Origin: a virus
Taxonomy: Duplodnaviria > Caudoviricetes
Reading direction: 5' to 3' (one strand)
Length of the DNA: 64,000 nucleotides
Virus record (IMG/VR): IMGVR_UViG_3300025018_000142
Location: 1 to 64,000 of that record
Positions within the stretch are counted from its first letter, which is position 1, and each line of letters starts with the position of its first letter. A program made the position numbers and the translations under genes. The notes below the pieces were generated by a model that made no database searches, was not told the DNA's origin, and saw nothing but the letters and a program-made list of their open reading frames with translations. Shown here in pieces: positions 21,172 through 29,961 of this stretch.

Positions 21172-21429
21172 ATGGCTGTGCTTATAGATAGTTATAGTGA
21201 AAGCAATTACAATTTTAACTGGAATGTTGCGGGTACTAAAAACCCTGCGGACAATACCAAATTATTGAACATAGGAAACTTTGGATTAAATGGAGCAACC
21301 GAGACAGGGAGGTATTTCAACGGAAAAATGGATGATATTTCTATATTTGATGTAGATATGAGTGCCGCGCAGGTACTTGCCTTATACACAGTACAGGTTA
21401 AAAAGTTTATGGGGGGGGCTAATACATAA
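21172..21429 (+). CDS. 85-aa LamG/concanavalin C-terminal remnant
   Basis: LNIG...YFNGKMDDISIFDVDMSAAQVLALY is the LamG_3 C-terminal signature. Confidence 0.6.
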   Translation: MAVLIDSYSESNYNFNWNVAGTKNPADNTKLLNIGNFGLNGATETGRYFNGKMDDISIFDVDMSAAQVLALYTVQVKKFMGGANT

Positions 21430-22469
21430 TGGCAACACTTATTGATAGCTATGCAGGAGCAAATGCAGATAGTGGTTACATTGCCGGAGCTGATACTTCT
21501 TATTTTGGCCAGTCGTTTGCTATTGGCTCTACCTCGAACAATCGAATAACACAGGTTAGTTTTGCTGCAAAGAAAGTGGGGAGTCCAACAGGGACAATGT
21601 ACTGTGAGATATACACACATAGTGGCACTTTTGGAACGAACTCTGTTCCTACTGGCTCTCCACTGATAACATCGGTGGGGCAGGATATAGCGGATTTGAA
21701 CACTGTGGTCGCGTGGGTTGACTCCCTCTTTGACAACATTCCCCCTATCTGTTTAGACGGTAGCACAAATTATTGTGCAGTCTTTAAAATTGCGTATACA
21801 TTTAGAGATGCTTCCAACTACGCCGTGGTATATTTTGACGCATCCTCCCCGACCCATAATGGTAATTTCTCCTATTATAATGGGTCGTGGGTAGCAGAAA
21901 GTGGAAAAGATGCTGTGTTTTATGTCTATGGCGACATTGCGGTCACCGCAAGCCCAGGAACAATGGCAGATGATAGCGCAGTGGGAACACAGGCATGGAG
22001 CGATGTTGACAACGCCAAGACAAATAATACTGTTTATGCAACAGCGGGAAGTAGCGGCAGTACAACACACTATTTGAAAGCCACAAACTTTGGGTTTTCT
22101 ATACCAGCAGGTGCCACCGTTGGTGGTATATTTGTAGAGGTTAAACGGTACTCGCCCGGCATGGGTAGGTCATCGGATTCGGTGGCTAAGATAGTCAAAG
22201 GAGGAACCGTTGGTGCCACAGACAAAAGTATTGTCGGATATTGGGACGGTGAAGACACTGGCGTGTACTTCAGATATGGGGCATCGGATGACCTATGGTC
22301 GGAAACTTGGTCAGCATCTGACATAAACTCCACGGACTTTGGTTTTGTATTATCAGCAACAGTTGGGGCGCAAACTCCATCTGTTGACCATATCCGCATA
22401 ACCGTGTATTACACCCCAACCAACAGTATTACAGGTCCCTTCCCCACCTCACGTCTCGACCTTCTGTAA
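21429..22469 (+). CDS. two-domain beta-rich virion/adhesin protein
   Basis: GQSF...ITQVSFAAKKVGSP domain plus THYLKATNFGFSIPAGATVGGIFVEV domain. Confidence 0.7.
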   Translation: MATLIDSYAGANADSGYIAGADTSYFGQSFAIGSTSNNRITQVSFAAKKVGSPTGTMYCEIYTHSGTFGTNSVPTGSPLITSVGQDIADLNTVVAWVDSLFDNIPPICLDGSTNYCAVFKIAYTFRDASNYAVVYFDASSPTHNGNFSYYNGSWVAESGKDAVFYVYGDIAVTASPGTMADDSAVGTQAWSDVDNAKTNNTVYATAGSSGSTTHYLKATNFGFSIPAGATVGGIFVEVKRYSPGMGRSSDSVAKIVKGGTVGATDKSIVGYWDGEDTGVYFRYGASDDLWSETWSASDINSTDFGFVLSATVGAQTPSVDHIRITVYYTPTNSITGPFPTSRLDLL

Positions 22470-22475
22470 CGATAC

Positions 22476-22504
22476 TTGACTGTACAATACAGAAGTAGTA
22501 CACT
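22476..22504 (+). promoter_or_regulatory. promoter for the methyltransferase-glycosyltransferase pair
   Basis: TTGACT-17-TACACT-8 nt-ATG. Confidence 0.7.
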
Positions 22505-22512
22505 TTCTTTAT

Positions 22513-23121
22513 ATGAAAACAGAATGGGAAAAGGCACAAGAGTTTGAGAAAAATTGGCACAATAACCAGCAATTTAATACCTATAATGAGGAAACCAAGC
22601 AATATACTTACGCTTCCCTGATGGGGTTAGATGAGTATAAAACAAACCATTTTAACCAAAGTGGGTGGGACTTTGGAGATAAATACATAATCGACATCGG
22701 TGGTGGGGAACAGTCGATTTTACTCAAAAGTAAAGCAAAGGAAAGGACCGTGATAGACCCATGCAAGTATCCAGAATGGACCATGCTTCGATATAAGGAG
22801 GCTGGTATAAAGTTCTGTGACTGGAAGGGCGAGGATATACCAACAGAGAATATACAGGTAGATATGTGTTTTATTTACAACTGTCTACAGCACACGGAGG
22901 ACCCCGAAAAGATTATCCAAAATGCGAAGAAGATGTGCAAGACACTCCATATTTTTGAGTGGATAGACATAGGGCTTTCCGAAGGGCATATTCACAACCT
23001 GAAAGAGGAGGAGCTAAACAAGTGGCTGGGTGGAATTGGACAGACGAAACAGTTGAACCAAGATGGACTTTTTGGAAGGTGCTATTTTGGAGTTTTTTTG
23101 GGTTCACACTACGGAGAATAA
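22513..23121 (+). CDS. class I SAM-dependent methyltransferase
   Basis: IIDIGGG motif I, VIDP, FIYNCLQHTEDPEKIIQNAKK. Confidence 0.85.
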   Translation: MKTEWEKAQEFEKNWHNNQQFNTYNEETKQYTYASLMGLDEYKTNHFNQSGWDFGDKYIIDIGGGEQSILLKSKAKERTVIDPCKYPEWTMLRYKEAGIKFCDWKGEDIPTENIQVDMCFIYNCLQHTEDPEKIIQNAKKMCKTLHIFEWIDIGLSEGHIHNLKEEELNKWLGGIGQTKQLNQDGLFGRCYFGVFLGSHYGE

Positions 23122-24359
23122 TGACATTTCATCTCTTGGGACTTTCGCATTTACCTTGGTCCAGAGAGTATAATTCGTGCGCATTTTCGCAGAAAAATTT
23201 GAAACTCGCGAAGATGCTGACATCCTTAAATCATACAGTTTACGCTTATGGAGCAAAGGCCTCCCTTTATATGTATAGTGCGGAAAGTTACGTCAATTCA
23301 GACAAATTTCACTTTATAGAGACACATACAGTAGATGATATTGCTAGAGATTGGGGGGATGGGCGAAATGACTTCGAGGTGGGATATAATTGGACCCAAG
23401 AGCAATATAGACACGACTTTAATACCGAGAAGAAACCCAGCACCTTAAAACTATACACAGTAGCAAGCCAGTACATTAACGCACACAGGAAACCAGATGA
23501 CTTCCTTTTAAGAACAATGGGGGTGTACCATGATGTAGTTGCTAATGCCACGGGTTTAGCTTTAGATTGTGAGAGCGGAATTGGTTATACGGGTTCAGAA
23601 GCAGGAACACCAGAACACCCACGTTACCGCTGCTTTGAGAGCTCCGCTATGATGCACTTTTCCTATGGTGCGGAGTTTGGCAAAGGAGTTACTCCAACAG
23701 GTAACTATTACGACAGGGTGATTCCAAACTACTTCGACGATGCAGACTTTACTCCAAGATATAAGAAAAAGGATTACTTTCTATTTATTGGACGACTAAT
23801 AGTGGCAAAGGGAATCTGGATTGCCGTAGAGACCGCAAGAATACTAGGTAAGAAGCTAATCATTGTGGGACAAGGGGCTAAAGTAGATAATCGCGGACAC
23901 CTTGTTGGGGACGGCTTTGATATCCCACCTTCAACTTGGGAATTTCAAGGGTACGCAGACGCAGAGAAACGGAAGGAGCTTTACGCAAACGCAGCCATTA
24001 CCTTCGTGCCTACTTGGTATATTGAACCCTTTGGGGGGACAAACGTAGAAAGCAGACTATCAGGAACTCCTGTTCTTTGCTCTAACTTTGGGGCTTTTCC
24101 TGAACAAGTTACTAATGGATTAGATGGGTACTGCTGCGATACTCTAGATGACTATGTGGCAAAGGCGAAGGAGCTCCTTGTGTGGGCCCCAGAAAAACTA
24201 AAACAGGTCAGAAAACGAGCGGAAAAATATCTAATGGATAATGTACGTTGGGATTACCAGAAATGGTTCGAGGACCTACAAATACTCTTTCACAACAAGG
24301 AGGGGGTGAATTATATTAGGGAGGAGAATCCAGAGTGGAGACAGAGAATCAGTTGGTAG
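23121..24359 (+). CDS. GT-B glycosyltransferase, GT4-like (start ATG 23121 overlaps the MTase stop, TAATG)
   Basis: FLFIGRLIVAKG, FVPTWYIEPFGGTNVESRLSGTPVL (E-x7-E), NGLDGY. Confidence 0.88.
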   Translation: MTFHLLGLSHLPWSREYNSCAFSQKNLKLAKMLTSLNHTVYAYGAKASLYMYSAESYVNSDKFHFIETHTVDDIARDWGDGRNDFEVGYNWTQEQYRHDFNTEKKPSTLKLYTVASQYINAHRKPDDFLLRTMGVYHDVVANATGLALDCESGIGYTGSEAGTPEHPRYRCFESSAMMHFSYGAEFGKGVTPTGNYYDRVIPNYFDDADFTPRYKKKDYFLFIGRLIVAKGIWIAVETARILGKKLIIVGQGAKVDNRGHLVGDGFDIPPSTWEFQGYADAEKRKELYANAAITFVPTWYIEPFGGTNVESRLSGTPVLCSNFGAFPEQVTNGLDGYCCDTLDDYVAKAKELLVWAPEKLKQVRKRAEKYLMDNVRWDYQKWFEDLQILFHNKEGVNYIREENPEWRQRISW

Positions 24360-24387
24360 ATAACTTTGGTTAGTGCTAAAATAGTCT

Positions 24388-25293
24388 ATGGACTTTACAA
24401 ATCACGCGCTATCAACCACAGGAATTAAGATAGTTGATGCGACCACCAGCTTTACCGTACCTACGGCAGATGCGGATAAATTCCCCACTGCAAATTTCAT
24501 AATGACGGTATGGGGTAGCTCGTACCTACGACCCAGAGATGATAACAATGTGGAGATAATCGAATGCGCTCGTTCTGGAGCAACAATAACTATTGTGACT
24601 CGTGCTATGGAAGGTACTACACAGGTAGACCACGCAGCAGGAAGTTGGTGCGGAGTATTTTTGACTGCTGGTATTCTTAATGATTTGCGGGACTTGGCTG
24701 ATGCTAGTTTTCTGCCCGATATGGCTACGGCTTCTGGTGAGTATTTGACAAATAATGGTACTATCCCTTCGTGGGATGACACAGTTCTCACCGAAACGAA
24801 CACTAAGGTATCAACCAATAAGACTTTCACGACTCCTGTTATAAACAGTGCAACGGGTGTTGGGGTTGTGCAAACTGCATATTGTACGACTCAACTGGAT
24901 GTAGTGAATAGCATTGTCGTTGCCAAGGTGGTAGGAACAGACCTTGTTGTGGAGTCCGGCAAGGTCTATAAGGTACACATAGTTCTTTATACGACAAGCG
25001 GGGCGGGCGGCGGAGTTAAGCCCTCAACAGGTGGGGGGGCAACAACGACAACGTGGTTATCGCAAGGCATTGTTTATAGTGGAAATGCTATTGTGCAGAA
25101 CACAAGAGGTACAAGCAGGACGGGGTCGCTTGCCGGTGCCACCGCAGTAACCGCTGCGTTTATTGTTATAGACGCATACTTCCTCGTGAATGTAGGCGGA
25201 ACGCTCTGGGTAACATTTGCACAAAATGCGTCAGATGCGGCAACAAGCTCGGTGCTAGTTGGTTCATTTATAACAATACAACAACTTAGTTAA
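24388..25293 (+). CDS. fibre/adhesin protein sharing its N-terminal domain with 17976
   Basis: FPTAN..T.W...YLRP.DD.N.EI.EC.RSG motif; TGnTAAAAT-5 nt-ATG upstream. Confidence 0.75.
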   Translation: MDFTNHALSTTGIKIVDATTSFTVPTADADKFPTANFIMTVWGSSYLRPRDDNNVEIIECARSGATITIVTRAMEGTTQVDHAAGSWCGVFLTAGILNDLRDLADASFLPDMATASGEYLTNNGTIPSWDDTVLTETNTKVSTNKTFTTPVINSATGVGVVQTAYCTTQLDVVNSIVVAKVVGTDLVVESGKVYKVHIVLYTTSGAGGGVKPSTGGGATTTTWLSQGIVYSGNAIVQNTRGTSRTGSLAGATAVTAAFIVIDAYFLVNVGGTLWVTFAQNASDAATSSVLVGSFITIQQLS

Positions 25294-25303
25294 ATAGCAT
25301 GAC

Positions 25304-25642
25304 ATGGCTGTAATCAAACGAGCAATCACAACATCGAATAGTATCGACAAGAAGAAAATAAACATCGGCTACTTCACAAACTTACTTGAATACGAGTGGG
25401 GAAATGCCCTATTAAACGATATTCTTACAACAGATGACTCAGTAGAGGACAGAATTATAACTGCGACAAATACAATAGCGAAAAAGACACTTGAACATCT
25501 GTTGGTATTTACGAACATCATGGAGTATACGTTAGGAGAAGTCCCGATGGGGATGTCGCTAATGCTGTCCAGCAAATCGATAAACGACCGAAGTATCACG
25601 GCAGGAAATACGGTAACTAAGCGAACCATAACAGCATCGTGA
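25304..25642 (+). CDS. small internally repeated protein
   Basis: [KD]RxITxxNxxxK[KR] x3 alternating with two FTN[LI][LM]EYxxG units. Confidence 0.65.
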   Translation: MAVIKRAITTSNSIDKKKINIGYFTNLLEYEWGNALLNDILTTDDSVEDRIITATNTIAKKTLEHLLVFTNIMEYTLGEVPMGMSLMLSSKSINDRSITAGNTVTKRTITAS

Positions 25643-26454
25643 AAGATTTATGCTATCCGTACAACATCAAACTGTCCGTAGTGACGGGGTTCGCCGTGGT
25701 TATTCCTATCTGGGGGAAGCACGGCGGATATGATTTCTCAATAAAACCGCTGATAGGCAAGCCGTTAGCGCAGCAAGCTATCCATTCCCCGTGGGAAGGA
25801 GAGGTACTTGTAGCTAAGTTGGCCGGCGATAATAGCGGGTGGTATGTCTGTATTTACTCTGCCAAAGAAAACGTTACATTCGTTGTCTGGCACATAAACA
25901 AAAAACTAATGGTAAAGGCTGGGCAGAAAGTGAAGAAAGGTCAGATACTTGGGTATGCGGAGACATCGGATTACAGTCCTGCACATAATCATGTACAATT
26001 TAACAAAGGAAAGGTAACAAGGGGTAGCTGGAACTCAGCAGTCCTTGACCCACAACCGTTCTTTAATAGAATGGAGCTGTGGTCTAATTTAACAGAAGAC
26101 CCAATGAAAATAGCAGCACTGGAGAAGAAGGTGGCTGAACTTACAAAGGCAAATAACGATATGCAGGCGAATTTCAATGCGAGTGTTGCAACGATGCAAT
26201 ACCAGATAGACAAAATGATAACAGATTTGAACATATTGAACGGACAGATTCATGATATGAATGCTGATGTGCTTAAATGGAAGTCCATAGCTATTGATAT
26301 CGCGAGTATGGTTGGTTATATACTAGACCCGGTATCAGACTGGGGGACTCAAAGATATGGAATAAGGGAGAGAGTTGCGCGGATTCCATACGATTTGTCT
26401 TACAGCAATTTAATAGGTATAATCTTAAATAAACTTATTTCTAGGAAGAAATGA
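25639..26454 (+). CDS. M23 family peptidase endolysin with coiled-coil C-terminus
   Basis: HGGYD (HxxxD), VKAGQKVKKGQILG, HNH (HxH). Confidence 0.85.
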   Translation: MKDLCYPYNIKLSVVTGFAVVIPIWGKHGGYDFSIKPLIGKPLAQQAIHSPWEGEVLVAKLAGDNSGWYVCIYSAKENVTFVVWHINKKLMVKAGQKVKKGQILGYAETSDYSPAHNHVQFNKGKVTRGSWNSAVLDPQPFFNRMELWSNLTEDPMKIAALEKKVAELTKANNDMQANFNASVATMQYQIDKMITDLNILNGQIHDMNADVLKWKSIAIDIASMVGYILDPVSDWGTQRYGIRERVARIPYDLSYSNLIGIILNKLISRKK

Positions 26455-26726
26455 CAAAGCTTGAACTGCTATATGTGAAGATAGATGCCTTCTGGGAATC
26501 AATCCCATCTCCAATCAAGGTTCCAATTTATCAGTTAGTATCAGCTGGAATTTTGCTTCTTGCTGATACGTTGACGGGTAAAGCTATAACTAAAGACATG
26601 TGGGGTGCTATTTTGTCAGCCTTTATCGCAAATGAAGCGGCTGTTGTTGTGGAGTATGTACGAAAGCAAAGCGAGAAGCTAGAGGAGCTAAAGATAGAAT
26701 ACAACAGGACATTACTAGATAGATAG
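26451..26726 (+). CDS. putative holin
   Basis: Two hydrophobic segments, charged C-tail, overlaps the lysin stop. Confidence 0.65.
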   Translation: MTKLELLYVKIDAFWESIPSPIKVPIYQLVSAGILLLADTLTGKAITKDMWGAILSAFIANEAAVVVEYVRKQSEKLEELKIEYNRTLLDR

Positions 26727-26727
26727 C

Positions 26728-27111
26728 ATGACTTTCCTCTTCGAGCTAGAGGGAAAACTTCCGGGTCTTAACGACATTATTAACAGCCGTGCTAGACATT
26801 GGTCTATTTACGCAAAACAAAAAAAGGAGTGGACAGCAAAAATTATAGAAGCCGTGTCTGAAAATGGCTCATTTTCAAACGATGGCGGTCCAATAGCGTT
26901 ATTTATCATCTGGGGCATCAGAACGAACGCAGACCTGGATAATTGTACGGCAAAGTTCATACTTGATGCCATGGTTGAGATGGGGCTTATTGAAGATGAT
27001 AACTGTAAATTTGTAAAGAAGATTACACATGAGGTACAGATTAGTAAGACATCGTTTGTCAAGGTATATGTAGACAACTATTTACCTTCCAACTTGGTTG
27101 CTGTACAATAA
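26728..27111 (+). CDS. rusA: RusA-like Holliday junction resolvase
   Basis: LPGLNDII, DLDN...KFILDAMVEMGLIEDDN. Confidence 0.8.
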   Translation: MTFLFELEGKLPGLNDIINSRARHWSIYAKQKKEWTAKIIEAVSENGSFSNDGGPIALFIIWGIRTNADLDNCTAKFILDAMVEMGLIEDDNCKFVKKITHEVQISKTSFVKVYVDNYLPSNLVAVQ

Positions 27112-27118
27112 AATACTT

Positions 27119-27442
27119 ATGGAAGCACAGAACAGCACAACAACAAACGCGCAGACAGTTTCAAGGGACTATTCTGCAACGTCAGCGATGCCCGTTTGGG
27201 ATGCGATTAAGTCCAATCTATCGACCATCGTAGCTATATGTGCCATCGTCGGTTTGTTTTATGTGCTATTTTATCGTGTCGAATTATTGGAGGGCGTACA
27301 GGCCAACCAGGACACACAACAGTTGGCCATAGAAACGAACCAGCGAGAGATACTAACAAGACTTGCCGTTATGGAAACAAAGCAGGACCGAAACGCAGAA
27401 GATATTAAAGAGATATTACAGGCGATTAAGGAATTGAAATAG
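27119..27442 (+). CDS. membrane protein with coiled coil (lysis accessory; ATG 27119 preferred)
   Basis: One TM helix plus heptads; TTTACC-17-TACAAT upstream. Confidence 0.6.
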   Translation: MEAQNSTTTNAQTVSRDYSATSAMPVWDAIKSNLSTIVAICAIVGLFYVLFYRVELLEGVQANQDTQQLAIETNQREILTRLAVMETKQDRNAEDIKEILQAIKELK

Positions 27443-27500
27443 CGACAATTATCCACTGTTCGACCCGGGTGGTCGTTTCTAGAGCAATAAGATAACTCTA

Positions 27501-27866
27501 TTGTTTATGTCACCATTTACAGGGGATGGGCTTAAAGAAATTAAGACACGCAGCCATGGTAGGTCAGAGTTATCGAGTAGAACAGATAGACCACTTCATT
27601 GTATGCATTTCGACCACACGAGAAATCCCCTCTACAACGAAGCAAACAGGGGATTAAGAGTAACAGTAATAGAGCATCAGGCGTACCATATGTTTTACAG
27701 GGGCAACGAGGCAGAGCTGGGCTTAAAACCCTGTCAGAATGATTACGCAATAGATATGCTTAATAGGGAATCGGTAGCGTTTATGCACAAGATAGGGAAG
27801 CTGGACCAATTTGACGACGAACTCGCGGATGCGGTTTTAATGTGGGAACAGCTACTAAGTCGTTAG
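27501..27866 (+). CDS. HNH-like protein
   Basis: LHCMHFDH...YN...GLRVTVIEHQAYH. Confidence 0.5.
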   Translation: MFMSPFTGDGLKEIKTRSHGRSELSSRTDRPLHCMHFDHTRNPLYNEANRGLRVTVIEHQAYHMFYRGNEAELGLKPCQNDYAIDMLNRESVAFMHKIGKLDQFDDELADAVLMWEQLLSR

Positions 27867-28130
27867 CGTTTTCTCCATGGCTTCCAGTTGTCTTTATCTT
27901 TATCCTTCGGTTTGTCTTTGTCAACTTGGTGTTTTCCCCAATCGCCTTTGTGGTCTTTCTTGTTACCAGCAGTTCTTCCGTCACCTTCAACCTTTTCTGA
28001 CTCTGTCTTTTTATTGGCTTGTTCACACATATACCCCCCCCAACGGGTTGGCCGTCAACTACAACGAAGCGTCTTGTTGCGTTTTCTTGTTCCACAGTGT
28101 AATTATATGGGCTTCTTTTGGATATGTAAG

Positions 28131-28159
28131 TTGACAGTATTGATGAGGAATAGTATAAT
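28131..28159 (+). promoter_or_regulatory. perfect consensus sigma70 promoter, leaderless
   Basis: TTGACA-17-TATAAT-5 nt-ATG(28165). Confidence 0.88.
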
Positions 28160-28164
28160 AGGCT

Positions 28165-28797
28165 ATGGCTAGAAGTAAAGAAGAGATTAAAAAAGTTACG
28201 GAAGCGTTTAGGCTTGGAGTATCTGCAAAGGATATGGGCAAGATGTTCATGATGAAGAGGGAGAATGTGTACTCATTGTTACGTTCCAATATGTCGAAAG
28301 AGGAATACATATCGCTCACGGTTAAGAGGCGTTCTGTTTATGACGGGCGAATTATGGATAAACGTAATGAAATAGTGAACCTAATCAAATCAGGCAAACT
28401 AATTTCTGATGTTGCTAAGGTTTACGGTATGTCGGAGTTTGCGGTGAGGTACTACTACTACAAGTATATTAAGCCCTCGGAGAGAAAGAAGTATCTGCTC
28501 AAGTCCGATGCTAAGAATAGCCAGAGAAGGCTTGTTAAGATTGCGAAGATTAAAGGCTTTGTCGAAAAACTGAAGGATACTTGCAGTGTTGAAAGACTGG
28601 CCGACATCGAAGGGAAGAAATATAATACCATGTGGGTGTATCTACGGAGGAACCGTGCTATTATTGAAGGATTGACGGGCATGGAGTATTCACAGTTCCT
28701 AACTTCTGTAAGAGGGTATTCTCATGATATTGACGTGGAATCTGTACTCGAAGGGGTCCTTGCGGAACGAGAGGCTCACGAAGCAAAACAGGCCTAG
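28165..28797 (+). CDS. multi-HTH DNA-binding protein
   Basis: Three HTH-like repeats (GVSAKDMGKMF, GKLISDVAKVYGMS, SVERLADIEGKK). Confidence 0.7.
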   Translation: MARSKEEIKKVTEAFRLGVSAKDMGKMFMMKRENVYSLLRSNMSKEEYISLTVKRRSVYDGRIMDKRNEIVNLIKSGKLISDVAKVYGMSEFAVRYYYYKYIKPSERKKYLLKSDAKNSQRRLVKIAKIKGFVEKLKDTCSVERLADIEGKKYNTMWVYLRRNRAIIEGLTGMEYSQFLTSVRGYSHDIDVESVLEGVLAEREAHEAKQA

Positions 28798-29215
28798 TTT
28801 TTATTTCGGTGAGGTAAAGGGGGCAAATCTACTACACCTACAGGGGGTGTGGAGAGATATACTCGGCATAGACGGTAAGGCCAACGTACTGACGGAATAC
28901 TATTACAACGATATTAGAACTATTGCGACTATTGATTGCGTGTCAAACGACTTCAGTATGCACATTATTAGGTTTACAAAACAACCGATTAGCAAATTCT
29001 CTTTGAATGTTATCAATTTTACTGCCTACGTTTACCTGCGAGACACTGGGGTACAGTTAGATTATGGGGTGCTGTATGCAATAAACCCACAAAGACCGCA
29101 AAACTACGAGCGAAAGGTACTTAGTATAACGCCGGAGTCGCTTGCAGATACAGAGCAAAAGCTATACAATCTTACAGATAGGTACAAGATGTTATTTATG
29201 GAGCCAACAATATGA
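28724..29215 (+). CDS. PD-(D/E)XK-fold-like protein, apparently catalytically degenerate
   Basis: IATIDC...HIIRFT...YVYL...DYGVLY matches the nuclease layout without (D/E)xK. Confidence 0.4.
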   Translation: MILTWNLYSKGSLRNERLTKQNRPSFYFGEVKGANLLHLQGVWRDILGIDGKANVLTEYYYNDIRTIATIDCVSNDFSMHIIRFTKQPISKFSLNVINFTAYVYLRDTGVQLDYGVLYAINPQRPQNYERKVLSITPESLADTEQKLYNLTDRYKMLFMEPTI

Positions 29216-29961
29216 CCATTACATTTGCAAATTTCAAGAAAAGGGTAGCCAGTTCCATTAACCAGACGGATTCGGCGGGAAACTTTATCTCAGCGTTCGC
29301 ATTGTCTAATGAGCTTCTGCGTTACACGAACGATGGGCTCCGCGAGAAGGTGGAGCTCCTTGGCGTCAAGATGCGCTACATGTACTTGCAATATGGGTAT
29401 ATCGACCTAGAGCTAGACCAAGCATACTACAGAATTGATACCGGAGATTCTGCCGCCAATCGTTATCTGCTTTCACATTTATATGTAAAATGGAATACTA
29501 CAGACACCGACTACACTCCTACTAATATGGTGACGTTAGATGACCTAGAATCGGGCCGTCTAATCGGTACAGCGGGAAGTCCACTTTGGGCATACGCTCA
29601 AACAGATGCCGGTGACGGTATTAACCACCTGGGTATAAAGCTCAGTCCAACACCATCCAGTAATGCGACCGAGGGAATTATGATTGCGTACCCAGAATAT
29701 CCGGTAGAGATTACCGGCGATGCGGACCTTATTTATTTCCATTCGCAGAGTGAGCTTGAATGGCTAACCTATTATGTTGCCATGAAGACTGCGATTAAAA
29801 GTAAAGATGCTGAGTCGTACCAAGTATTAAAGACGGAGTTTCAGATAAAAGAGCAGCAGTTAATCACACAATTCGCTCCTAGAGCGTTAACCGGCACGCA
29901 ACCTATCCGTTCTTTACGTCAAGCTTCGAGGTCAATACTAAAATCTAAGGGTTTGATTTAA
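29212..29961 (+). CDS. head-tail adaptor protein (podovirus type)
   Basis: TFANFKKRV...ELLRYTNDG, LSPTP, LTYYVAMK pattern. Confidence 0.7.
   Translation: MTITFANFKKRVASSINQTDSAGNFISAFALSNELLRYTNDGLREKVELLGVKMRYMYLQYGYIDLELDQAYYRIDTGDSAANRYLLSHLYVKWNTTDTDYTPTNMVTLDDLESGRLIGTAGSPLWAYAQTDAGDGINHLGIKLSPTPSSNATEGIMIAYPEYPVEITGDADLIYFHSQSELEWLTYYVAMKTAIKSKDAESYQVLKTEFQIKEQQLITQFAPRALTGTQPIRSLRQASRSILKSKGLI

Noticed and set aside
27449-27457. DnaA box (TTATCCACT)
   Set aside because: Single 8/9 match with no cluster or origin context
28010-28040. GYMCEQAN octapeptide also found in ORF 40852-41097
   Set aside because: One 8-aa match among all six-frame pairs of a 64-kb window is within chance; flanks do not align
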